This document shows, one piece after another, positions 19,212 through 28,223 of a stretch of DNA of 64,000 nt. The stretch's first letter is position 1. Each line of letters opens with the position of its first letter. The stretch covers positions 704,001 through 768,000 of the forward strand of contig CAWCYI010000006.1 in the NCBI GenBank assembly GCA_963799845.1. The letters run 5' to 3'. The translations under genes and the position numbers were made by a program. A model generated the notes under the pieces. The model was not told where the DNA came from. It was given only the letters and a program-made list of their open reading frames with translations, and did not search any database. Source of the DNA: an uncultured Nitrososphaerota archaeon (lineage in GTDB: Archaea; Thermoproteota; Nitrososphaeria; Nitrososphaerales; CADDZS01).

Positions 19212-21339
19212 TCACGAACCTGTGTAACCGATGAGAGGGAAGTAGTATCCGAGGATTCCCGAGTTATCGATGACTCCCGTCACATAAGTCCTCTGAATCC
19301 AGTACGGATCGACGGCGTACAGCCAAATGTCGGGAGCCTGCTGGTACATTAGATTGTAGACCTGAGCAACTGTTGAATTGATCTGGGTAGAGTTTGTATA
19401 GAAGGGTAGATTCGCCGTCAAGTCGTTAACCTGTGTGTCGTTAAACCAAGAAACGTCACCGCTGATCCCCCCATACTCTACGTTGCTCAATAGCACAAGA
19501 TCCTGATACACCGCATCCGCCCAGCTTGGGTACCGGTACCAGATTAGCAGCCCAGGGTAACTCGGGTTGCCGCCTGATTGGGATATAGCATTCTCCTCCC
19601 CCTGTGTCGTTACGCCGTTCAATGTGAACGTTACTCCAATGCTAGCTAGAGTCGCCTGCATCTCCTGCGAAATCTTTGTCTCGGCCGGATCGGACGTGAC
19701 GTAAGTAATGGAGAGATTCGTGGGCAGAGCATTTCCATTTGGATTGACCACAGTCCCGTTAGGCAGGCTAAGTTTGAATCCCGCCTGGACAAAGTAGTTG
19801 ATTGCCATGTTCTGATTAAACGAATAATTCGTCAGGTTGCCCGGATTGTAGTAAGGATACCCAGGTGCCATGGGACCAACGTACGTCTCCGTATAGCCGC
19901 TGCCAACAGAGCTCAAAATTTCGGAGTAGTTTATTGCGTGAACGACCCCCAGCCTGAAGTCCTGAATGTTGTATGGATACTGCTCTGTGTCCATCATACC
20001 TGTGAGAAACAAGAATTTTGGAGCGCTGGGAAGTGAAGGAACCGAAATGCCGGAGGTAGAGGAAAGAGATGGTAGATAATTTGGAGAAAGGGCGGAAATC
20101 GACAGCGGTCCGACCAGCGATGCTGAGTTGCTGGTAATGCTCTGAATAATCTGACTGCTGGCCGTCGAGTACTCAAGAATCACGACTGGAATCTTCGGAG
20201 GGGAAAGCATGATGTTGCTTGAACCCGAAGCAAGTTTCGAAGCCCAGTAGTTCGGGTTCGCAACCAAGGTAGCTACCTCACCCTGGACGTCAGCTCTGGA
20301 CTTGATACGGACCTGTCCCCATCGTGTGAGTGTTGACGAAAGTGTTCTCTGTGTTCGGGACCACTCCTCCATTTGCATCGACAAATGACGGATCCACCTG
20401 ACCGGCACCAGGCACGGAGAGAACTTGAAGGAAGTTCAGGTAGGGATTTACAAGATTGAACTGCACGGAATAAGTCCCGGTAGCAACGATCGCCTGATCC
20501 GGATAACTCATTATTTTCTGGATCGTGCTGTTTGACGGATTGAAGTTGCTCAAGATCGCCGCGAGATCTGTCGCCGCTTGCTTCTGTCTCAATGTAGAGT
20601 TCGTCGTTGAAAGCTGATAACCGCCGGCTACCAGTGCGTTGTCGACTCCGTTAGAAATTGAATACCCTGTCGCGAAAGCGGTCGTTCCGTTGTAGATCAG
20701 ATTTGTAAAGTAAAATGCCCCGATCTGTCCCATGAGGATTACCCGGTTGAAATTGAACCAGGTAACGGAAGAGTTGTACGGGTTACCGTTTGCAAAATAG
20801 GCGTCATTTCTCAAGTTGAGTGTATAATTCAGATAATTTGCAGATATGGTCCAGTTCTGTGCAAGTATCGGAGCGAACTCCTGAAGACTGGTATAGTTGA
20901 ACATCACAAGCTCCTGGTACGTGTTGACGAGGATTTCGTCCTCTCCGGCAAAGAATCCAGATGACGGATCGTAAGAATTAGGAGGCTCATTCTCTGCAAC
21001 CACGAGCTGGCTTCTGTTCTCCGGGCCGGTCAATGCTGAAGATGAGCTGGTGGCAGATGTCGATGAAGATGAAGACGAAGAAGGAGTGGAAACGGAACTG
21101 GTTGATTGGCTAGAAGCGGCAGACGTGCTAGATGCAGAGGAAAAGCTCGAAGTAGGCGACGACGAGCTGGAAGATGTGGTTGCAAGAGAAGATGAGGTTG
21201 GTACGGAAGACGTTGTGGCCCTGTTGAGATTCAGGGCTGCATACCCGCCAACGATTACTATGATAATTACAACGACGACAATTCCAATACTTGCCCCTCT
21301 ACTGATTGCGTGTCGCAATCTGGATTTTCTGGACAGCAC
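19212..21339 (-). CDS. ABC transporter substrate-binding protein, family 5, class III signal peptide; +1 frameshift at ~20291
   Basis: RLRHA/ISRGASIGIVVVV, S/T linker, SYDP...TYQELV, GTGPY. Removing C20291 restores QSYVQGEVATLVANPNYW. Confidence 0.88.
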
Positions 21340-21470
21340 AAATTACACGAGAGAAAGACGGCACTTTTAAGAATTTAATGATCTTCTGGAATAAAGTTTC
21401 AATAATAGATCCGAAATGGCCAACAATCAGCTAGCGACCTTTATTGCCTAGTGAATTTTTACTAGTATTC

Positions 21471-21701
21471 ATGACTTCGGCGTGCATGCTGATCAGAACG
21501 GAAAAAGGAAAGTATCAAGAGGTCGTTGATAGGTTGAAGCAGATTTCGTCCGTAAAGGACGCGTTCCCAGTACTCGGGCGATACGACGTTGTGGCTGATC
21601 TCGAATCGACCAGTAGCAAAGAACTTGGAAAAGCGACCCTCAAAGTAAACAGACTGGCTGGCGTAGTTTTCACTGAAACGATGCCAGAGGTCGAAACCTG
21701 A
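21471..21701 (+). CDS. stand-alone Lrp/AsnC ligand-binding (RAM) domain protein
   Basis: ACMLIRTEKG...V.DAFPVLGRYDVVA...GVVFTET; no HTH. Confidence 0.85.
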   Translation: MTSACMLIRTEKGKYQEVVDRLKQISSVKDAFPVLGRYDVVADLESTSSKELGKATLKVNRLAGVVFTETMPEVET

Positions 21702-21718
21702 AAAAGAGGTCTTGAAAA

Positions 21719-21946
21719 ATGGAATTGAACGCCTGCATCCTCGTAAAGACTACGCCGATCCAGACAGACGAAGTACTCGATGCCGTTAGAAAGTTAACCG
21801 GAGTCAAGAAGGCTTTCGTTGCTTATGGCAGGTACGACTTGATCGCGTTTGTGAAGGCGGCGGATTACTCTGGAATAACAAAACTCACAAGCCTGGTTAA
21901 CTCGCTTGCCGGAGTCAGGAGCACTGAAACTCTCGTCGAAGCCTGA
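21719..21946 (+). CDS. stand-alone Lrp/AsnC ligand-binding (RAM) domain protein
   Basis: ACILVKT...GVKKAFVAYGRYDLIA...GVRSTETLV. Confidence 0.88.
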   Translation: MELNACILVKTTPIQTDEVLDAVRKLTGVKKAFVAYGRYDLIAFVKAADYSGITKLTSLVNSLAGVRSTETLVEA

Positions 21947-21970
21947 TTAGCCAAGCTTCATTTTCAAATG

Positions 21971-22849
21971 TCAGATTGATTTGGCTGGTTGGGTAGGGAT
22001 CGAAAGTCCGGTCATTTCCTCGCAGATCTTCCACAGCCGCTTCGCGGTTGGCTCGTCATATGAGATAGGATTTGCCTTGACCTGTTTCTGGTTTGCGAAA
22101 TATTTTCCAGTTACACCTTCAACATCTGGAGAAGACGCAAGATAGATCGAAGTTCTCGCGCCCTTCTCTGGAGAGGCCATGAACAGCTTGACGAACGCGG
22201 CAATCGCTTTGAAAATCGGATTTACATCCCTGGTACCGAGTTCAGTCCTGATGACCCCGGGATGCAGAAAGTTTGCTGTGACTCCGGTGCCTTCGAGGCG
22301 CCGCGAGAACTCTACGGTTATCAAGTTCAGCGCAAGTTTTGATTGTCCGTAGATTCGAAAAGAGCTGTACTTTTTTTCTCCCTGAAGATCGTCAAAATCA
22401 ATCTTGGCATTGTTTGATGCGGCCGAGCTTACGTTCACGATTCGCGACGGCGCGCTGGACTTCAATTTGTCGTTAAGCATAGTCGTCAGCAAAAATGGCG
22501 CCAGGACGTTGACCGCAAAGGTCATCTCAATCCCGTCAGGAGACAGCATGCGATGGAACTGGTTCACACCAGCGTTATTCAGCAACACATCCAGTCGGTC
22601 AAACTGGCTGTTGAATTTCTTCACGAGTTCCCCGATCGACTTTTGAGATGAAAGATCGGCCGCAAGATGCACTACCGAGTCAGCCTTTCCGCTTTGGGTC
22701 TTGATTTCTTCAAGCGCGGCCCTGCTCTTTTCTGAATCTCGCATTACCGCGACGACGGTGGCGTCGAGCCTCGCCAATCCTATCGCTGTAGCCTTTCCGA
22801 TGCCGGTACTTGTCCCGGTAACTAGGCAGACCTTGCCCTTCATGCTCAA
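21971..22849 (-). CDS. short-chain dehydrogenase/reductase (retinol dehydrogenase-like)
   Basis: TGTSTGIG, NNAG, YGQSK, HPGVIRT. Confidence 0.92.
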   Translation of the reverse strand: MSMKGKVCLVTGTSTGIGKATAIGLARLDATVVAVMRDSEKSRAALEEIKTQSGKADSVVHLAADLSSQKSIGELVKKFNSQFDRLDVLLNNAGVNQFHRMLSPDGIEMTFAVNVLAPFLLTTMLNDKLKSSAPSRIVNVSSAASNNAKIDFDDLQGEKKYSSFRIYGQSKLALNLITVEFSRRLEGTGVTANFLHPGVIRTELGTRDVNPIFKAIAAFVKLFMASPEKGARTSIYLASSPDVEGVTGKYFANQKQVKANPISYDEPTAKRLWKICEEMTGLSIPTQPAKSI

Positions 22850-22901
22850 TGCTGGTCACAGTGCGGATAACGATTGCTAGAAGTCACTGCTCTAAATGTT
22901 C

Positions 22902-23366
22902 TCAAGCAGGATTTGATTGAGCAGGCGCTTCTGCCGGAGCGGCCTCTTGATTCGCATCTGCTGATTCCTTCAATGCGACCTGTTTCGACATCCAGAGCTC
23001 GAACGTATCTGGAGCCGCTGCGGTATCGAGTTTGGGAGACACATTTTCCTTGGGCTTTTGTTTTTCCATCCAGCGATCGAATGTATCTGGAGTTACTTCT
23101 GAATCTAGCTTACGAGAGGTAGTTTCTTTGGGCTTTTGTTTTTCTATCCAGAGCTCGAATGTACCCTTTGGCAGAACGACTTCCGCATGGGCAGATGGCG
23201 TGACTGCGCCTTCTTTTTTGCTCGCTCTCACCTGTTTCGCGATCCAAGCATCAAACGTATCGGCCGGGAGCTTCGATGTAGTTTTTGCCGGAGTCTTGGA
23301 GGCTCGGGTTGCTGTCTTTTTTGCTTTTGACTTTGCTGGTTTCTTCTTTGCACTTTTTGGCTTCAA
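22902..23366 (-). CDS. hypothetical protein: Lys/Ala-rich N-terminus plus four TF(D/E)xW(I/M)xKQ repeats
   Basis: Repeats DTFDAWIAKQ, GTFELWIEKQ, DTFDRWMEKQ, DTFELWMSKQ. Codon-level repeat conservation supports coding. Confidence 0.75.
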   Translation of the reverse strand: MKPKSAKKKPAKSKAKKTATRASKTPAKTTSKLPADTFDAWIAKQVRASKKEGAVTPSAHAEVVLPKGTFELWIEKQKPKETTSRKLDSEVTPDTFDRWMEKQKPKENVSPKLDTAAAPDTFELWMSKQVALKESADANQEAAPAEAPAQSNPA

Positions 23367-23511
23367 GTTCTATCAGGTGTCCTGTACTAGCGTCCGGAAG
23401 ATATGCTTTGTGATACAGAAGAGATTAGGTCAAAGAGGTTGATTCCTCTTTTTCGATAGTTATCGACCAAATTGACAAAACTAAAATTCCACTCTATCAA
23501 ACTAGCGAGTC

Positions 23512-23709
23512 ATGACCAGCGACAAAAAATGCTCGAACTGCCAACATTTCATGGAAAATGCCGGTGACTTTCATTCGAAAGTTAGTGAATACACCGGATT
23601 TGGAGGTATGTTCCTGTCGGGGTGGAATCCCGATGCAAGAACCCAGGCCTTCGTCCTATTTCGGTGCCCGAATTGCGGAAAAGTAGATTTTTACGAGCCT
23701 TCGAAATAG
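23512..23709 (+). CDS. small zinc-ribbon protein (CxxC...CPxCG)
   Basis: KCSNC...FRCPNCGKVDFY. Confidence 0.75.
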   Translation: MTSDKKCSNCQHFMENAGDFHSKVSEYTGFGGMFLSGWNPDARTQAFVLFRCPNCGKVDFYEPSK

Positions 23710-23735
23710 ATTGCTGCGAGTTCTAAAACCAAAAT

Positions 23736-24038
23736 TTAGTACGGATTTTGCGGAGGAGTAGCTCCATCACCAATGACAGTGGCCCATTTTCGGACATTCC
23801 ATTTCGTGACTAACCCGTTTCTAACATATGGATCGTTTCTCGCAAACTCCTCGGCAGCTCCAGGGTGAGAACCTGAAAAAACAAACACTGCCCCATCGGA
23901 GGGATCGGCTAGTGCTCCCGCAAGAACGAGTTCTCCTTTGTCGTAGGACTTTCGTGCCCTCTCTAGGTGCTCTCCCCTGAACGGTGCTCTCTTTTCCACG
24001 TAGTCTTCAACGACATCATAAAAAAGCAAATAGTGCAT
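23736..24038 (-). CDS. YciI-like protein
   Basis: R..HL...LVLAGAL.DP.DGA...FARNDPYV.NGLV. Confidence 0.9.
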   Translation of the reverse strand: MHYLLFYDVVEDYVEKRAPFRGEHLERARKSYDKGELVLAGALADPSDGAVFVFSGSHPGAAEEFARNDPYVRNGLVTKWNVRKWATVIGDGATPPQNPY

Positions 24039-24105
24039 ACCTTCCTAAACCAACGAATCTGCACTTAAAGATCAAGACCGGAGTTTTCGTGAACTACCCT
24101 TGAAT

Positions 24106-25233
24106 TTATTCGTGGGCTTCTTGCTTCCTTGACTGAAACTTGCTGATCCGTGTGATCAGTAGAGGCTCTGTCTCCACAAGGGACTGCTCCAGTCCCAGCT
24201 TCAGGTGATTGCGAGCTGCGTTCACGTCACGGTCCAGTTCAAGACCACAACGCTCGCAATGAAACACTCTGTCCTTCAGAGTGAGTTTCGTCGGCGAGAG
24301 CTATCCGCATCTAGAGCATTTCTGCGAACTGCCAATGGGATTGACGAGTAAGACTCGCCCGCTACGCCTTTCTGCCTTGTAAGCAGTCATTACGCGTAGC
24401 TTCCCCCAGGTGGCATCCAATATTGCTGATGCGAGATTGTGGTTTCTCACCATGTTCAGAATCTTCAGGTCTTCGAATACAACCAACTTGTTCTTCCGAG
24501 CAAGGTCATTCGAAAACTTATGGCAGAAGTCTTCCCTCTGTCTCCGCACTTTTCTCCACGCCTTGGCGAGAACGATCCGTGCCTTCTCCCTGTTCTGAGA
24601 AGCCTTCTTCTTTCGTGAAAGCTTTCGCTGAAAAGACTTGATTCTCTGCACACTCCCCTTCAAGTAGCGTGGGTTTTCTATAAGGGTCCCATCGCTGAGA
24701 GCTGCTACACTCGAGATCCCAACATCCACGCCAATTTTTCCATCGGAGCATTTCACAGTCGGATTGGATTCGTCGACGAGCAGTGCCACGAACCACTGGT
24801 CGACGTCCCGGATAACGGTCACACGCTTGATGACGCCGGAGATTTTTCGGTGTAGCACAATCTTGATCTTCCCAATTTTGCTCAGGTAGATCGTGCCACC
24901 TTTCAGCTTGAAGCCGGATTGAGGATAGGTGAAGGAGTTGTAGCGACCGTATTTCCTGAACCTCGGATACTTCATCAGCCCTTTGAAGAATGCTTGGAAC
25001 GCCTTGTCCAGTCTCAGGGCTACGTCCTGCAGGACTTGGGAGAATACAACCTTGAGATATTTATTGTCCCGCTTCAAAGGCACGAGCTGTCTTTTCTGTT
25101 GGTAGAATCCAGTCCGATTCTCATTCCGATCCGCAAGAAGATTGTTGTATAGACGCCTGCATGTTTCAAGAGTCTCGTTGAGGCTTCTCTCTCGTTGCGT
25201 GCTTGGATAGATCCTGAACTTGTAGGTGATCAA
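24106..25233 (-). pseudogene. tnpB: TnpB (RNA-guided nuclease) with premature TAG at 24301-24303
   Basis: YKFRIYPS HTH, RuvC-I GVDVG, RuvC-II FEDL, CSRC*. The same frame continues ...CERCGLELDRDVNAARN...KQEAHE* to 24106. Confidence 0.9.
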
Positions 25234-25628
25234 ATCTCTTTCTGCTCTGCAATGTATTGCTTGATCGTGTCGGATGAGACGTGTCCGTGTGTTGAAACAA
25301 AGTAGCTTCGACTCCAAAGAGTAGGAAGCCGGGTTGCAAGTTCTGGGAATTCCTTTCTGAGCTCGTGGGAAGTATAACCCTTGAGAGCCGCGATGATCCG
25401 GTTTGGTGCGATCACCGGAGTAGCCTGGATGAATAGATGCATATGGTCCGGCATTATTTCGAGTGCGATAATCTTGCAGCCGAGAGCATCTGTTTTCTCT
25501 TGAAGTAAAGCTTTGAGTCGAGCTTCAACTTTTCCAACGAGAACCTTTCGCCTGTATTTGGGGCACCAGACGAAGTGATAGTTCATGAAGTGGACTGAAG
25601 TCTGGGAAGGGAGATAGCCCCGTGGCAC
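25230..25628 (-). CDS. tnpA: IS200/IS605 Y1 (HUH) transposase
   Basis: YHFVWCPKYRR, PDHMHL (HUH), LWSRSYF, YIAEQ. Confidence 0.95.
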   Translation of the reverse strand: MPRGYLPSQTSVHFMNYHFVWCPKYRRKVLVGKVEARLKALLQEKTDALGCKIIALEIMPDHMHLFIQATPVIAPNRIIAALKGYTSHELRKEFPELATRLPTLWSRSYFVSTHGHVSSDTIKQYIAEQKEI

Positions 25629-25686
25629 GGGAAAAAATGGATAACATTTACTTAATTAAAATGCTCGCTTTCATCCCACGGCTGAA

Positions 25687-26862
25687 CAGTAGTTGCGAAT
25701 CAAGTATGCTTTCCTTTCATGTCAAATGACTTGTTCATGATTAGACCGATGAGAGAGAGTTTCATTTGTATTACTTCCACCGATTCGTTCGGATGGAGCA
25801 GCTCTTGGTTGGCATTGTACATGACCCACGAATTGTAGACAAGACATGCAAAGAGATAGTAGAACAATCTTACCACGTAGTTCCTTGATGTTGTTTTTAT
25901 CAGGAATTGATTTGACATTCGGTAGCTTGTCTCTATGCCCCAACGGTTCTTGAATAGCCTTAGGATTGTTTCAGCTTTGTAGGGAAGATTTGTTGCAAAC
26001 AGGTACTTGTAATCCTTTGTCTTGTCATATGCCACTACAACTTCAAACGAGGCTTGTTCAGATTCCCTCCTCCTGTGTCCGCTAGTAGTGTACGTGAACC
26101 TCCTACCCTGCCAGAGCCTCATTTTCTTTGTCTTGTAGGTTGGAGCCATTCGCACGATGTACTTGAGTCCAGATTCCTCAAGAAATCTGAGTAGATTTGT
26201 GTGAAAGAATCCGCCGTCAAAAACCAGATAGCGAATTCTTATTTTCAGCTCTTCTTGCAGTTTTCGCACAATTTGTGTGGTAGACGAGACAAGTTCCGAG
26301 CCTGATGCTAATCCTGTAACAGCTACGATCAGTCTTTCTCCATCTGCTAGAACAGAAGCTGTAAGGTACTTGAATGAATAATTGCTTCCGTCCCTGTGCA
26401 TGGTTCCAATGACCATCGGTGTTTCTTCATGATTACCGTAGTACATGACATCATGCAGATCCAAAGCGACAGGGACTGGTACGCGTAATTTTCTTCTTTT
26501 TCTAAGATCCTTCACATTCCCGTCTATCAAATTATCGAAGATTTGTTTGACTCTCGCTTCTCTTTGTGATTTAATGTACGAAAGAAGAGTTTCTGCAGTC
26601 GGTGATTCGCCTAGAGATTTCGAAACACCTTCAGCAAATCCATTTACCAAGCTCGCCGAGATGAGCAGGTTTAGGTGTTCATTCTTGGAATAAATCGCTC
26701 TCTCCTTCAGCTCATATGTCAGCAGTCCTGAGATGTTTTTCTTTACGAATTCATACAGCTTTCTCGAATTGAACCTCAATTGGAACGTCGGAAACAAGCC
26801 CTAAGGCGGGCTGGCCATAATAATTGCGGCCGGAAATCGCCTAGATTCGTTCGCAACTACTG
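25687..26862 (-). mobile_element. ISH3-family (IS4 superfamily) insertion sequence
   Basis: Perfect 13-bp TIRs CAGTAGTTGCGAA (25687-25699) and TTCGCAACTACTG (26850-26862). 4-bp direct repeat TGAA at 25683-25686 and 26863-26866. Confidence 0.9.
25700..26797 (-). CDS. ISH3-type DDE transposase
   Basis: VALDLHDVMYYG, FDGGFF, RWGIETSYR, KTTSRNYVVRLFY. Confidence 0.88.
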   Translation of the reverse strand: MFPTFQLRFNSRKLYEFVKKNISGLLTYELKERAIYSKNEHLNLLISASLVNGFAEGVSKSLGESPTAETLLSYIKSQREARVKQIFDNLIDGNVKDLRKRRKLRVPVPVALDLHDVMYYGNHEETPMVIGTMHRDGSNYSFKYLTASVLADGERLIVAVTGLASGSELVSSTTQIVRKLQEELKIRIRYLVFDGGFFHTNLLRFLEESGLKYIVRMAPTYKTKKMRLWQGRRFTYTTSGHRRRESEQASFEVVVAYDKTKDYKYLFATNLPYKAETILRLFKNRWGIETSYRMSNQFLIKTTSRNYVVRLFYYLFACLVYNSWVMYNANQELLHPNESVEVIQMKLSLIGLIMNKSFDMKGKHT

Positions 26863-26999
26863 TGAAACCCGTGGGGTTTCCCGCTCGACTTAGTGCTAAA
26901 AATGAAGCAGGTCTAGAACGATGTTGAGTCAATTCTCCGTGAAATAGTTTCGTCGTCCCATTACGCTTATACAATTGACAACGCGAAGTTTTCCCGGAA

Positions 27000-28037
27000 T
27001 TGAAAGCGGTAGCCAAGACAAAGAGAGAACCGGGTCTAGAGGTAATCGAGACAGATCCGGACAAGATTGGTGAAAATGATGTTCTCCTCAAAATGCGGGC
27101 TGCCTCAATTTGCGGGAGCGATCTTGGATTTTACAACTATACTGCGGCCTACCAGAAATTTGCGAAAGTTCCGACAATCATGGGCCACGAGTTTGCTGGC
27201 GAGATAGTCGAGGTCGGGAAAAAAGTTAACGATTTCGCCATCGGTGATCGGGTGTCCGTCGAATCTGTTCTTTACTGCGGGAAATGCAAGTTCTGCAGAC
27301 GAGGTACGACAAACATCTGCCGAAATTTCACGGTCTTTGGAATGCATCGCAACGGTGGGTTCGCTGAATTTGTCGCAGTGGATCAAGAGTACCTCCATCG
27401 AATTCCTAGCGAAGTTTCATTTCTGGAAGCGGGAGTGGTCGAACCGCTTTCGGTCGTGGTGAACGCCCTCGAGGATGTCTCGACACAGATCGACGTGGGT
27501 GACACTGCCTGCGTCATAGGTCCCGGCCCGCTCGGACTTTTTTCAGCAGAAATCCTGCGAGCGAAAGGCGTTAGTGATCCATTGATCCTTGGGATTGGAA
27601 TTGATGAGTACAGGCTAGAACTGGCCAAGACAAATCTATCTTACGAGACAATGAATACAGAGAAAATTGATCCCACGGAAAGAATGAATTCAATGACTGA
27701 TGGGTATGGGTTCGATGTTGTGGTTGTAGCGGCCGGAGCTCCGGCGGCACTGAGATCCGCCGTTCCCCTGGTATCAAAGGGAGGACAGATTATTGTCATT
27801 GGAATTTTTCCGGAAGATGTTTTGCTGCCAGTATCGGATCTTGTGCGGAGGCAGATATCCATGAGGGGCTCCTACGGCTCGGCCTGGAAACACTACGAAG
27901 AAGCTATCCATCTTTTGAATAACAAATTGGTTAGAGCGGAAGCCATTGTGAGTCATCGGTTTGATCTGGATCACGCTGATGAAGCCTTCCAGATGGCGAA
28001 AGCGAAAACTGGTTCCAAGGTGCAGTTCAAAAATTAG
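27000..28037 (+). CDS. Zn-dependent medium-chain alcohol/polyol dehydrogenase
   Basis: ICGSD, GHEFAG, structural Zn CGKCKFC...C, GPGPLG. Confidence 0.93.
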   Translation: MKAVAKTKREPGLEVIETDPDKIGENDVLLKMRAASICGSDLGFYNYTAAYQKFAKVPTIMGHEFAGEIVEVGKKVNDFAIGDRVSVESVLYCGKCKFCRRGTTNICRNFTVFGMHRNGGFAEFVAVDQEYLHRIPSEVSFLEAGVVEPLSVVVNALEDVSTQIDVGDTACVIGPGPLGLFSAEILRAKGVSDPLILGIGIDEYRLELAKTNLSYETMNTEKIDPTERMNSMTDGYGFDVVVVAAGAPAALRSAVPLVSKGGQIIVIGIFPEDVLLPVSDLVRRQISMRGSYGSAWKHYEEAIHLLNNKLVRAEAIVSHRFDLDHADEAFQMAKAKTGSKVQFKN

Positions 28038-28189
28038 TCGTGTCCTGTAAGTAGTCAAGTTGACGTAAGGTCGTTAAGGTGTTCCTTCCAATGACGATCC
28101 TGCGAAACTACTTCGGCGAATATCGGTAACAGCTAATCAGTTCTATTAAATGAGCATAAACCTCACGTAGATGTCGGATAATCTTACTA

Positions 28190-28210
28190 CGTTGAATCTA
28201 AAGTTCAACG
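28190..28210. terminator. hairpin between convergent genes
   Basis: CGTTGAA-tctaaag-TTCAACG between the ADH and LLM 3' ends. Confidence 0.3.
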
Positions 28211-28223
28211 CTTTGCCACCTCA

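Larger units (their letters stand above)
24089..26890 (-). mobile_element. IS200/IS605-family element (tnpA-tnpB), left-end hairpin interrupted by an ISH3-type IS
   Basis: Right end ...GAAGCCCACGAATAAATTCAAGGGTAGTTCAC on the minus strand, ending at 24089. Left-end hairpin CCCACGG-CTGAAA-CCCGTGGG is reconstructable across 25675-25686 and 26867-26876. The left boundary is approximate. Confidence 0.85.

Noticed and set aside
21050-21370. Acidic D/E/V-rich ORF (also 8687-8977)
   Set aside because: Antisense shadow of the Ser/Thr linker and signal peptide of the SBP genes.
23736-24038. YciI-like protein as the missing LsrG
   Set aside because: Same broad fold class, but it carries YciI motifs, lies 7 kb away beyond ISs, and has no evident link to lsrK/lsrF.
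1916-24303. In-frame TAG codons (1916, 24301) as pyrrolysine or stop-codon recoding
   Set aside because: TAG is a true stop here: ADH 27000-28037 ends in TAG exactly where its paralog ends in TAA. Both cases lie in decaying accessory DNA, and there are no pyl genes in the window.
9056-28037. ADH duplication as attL/attR of an integrated element
   Set aside because: The copies are inverted and heavily diverged at synonymous sites, whereas att sites are near-identical direct repeats.
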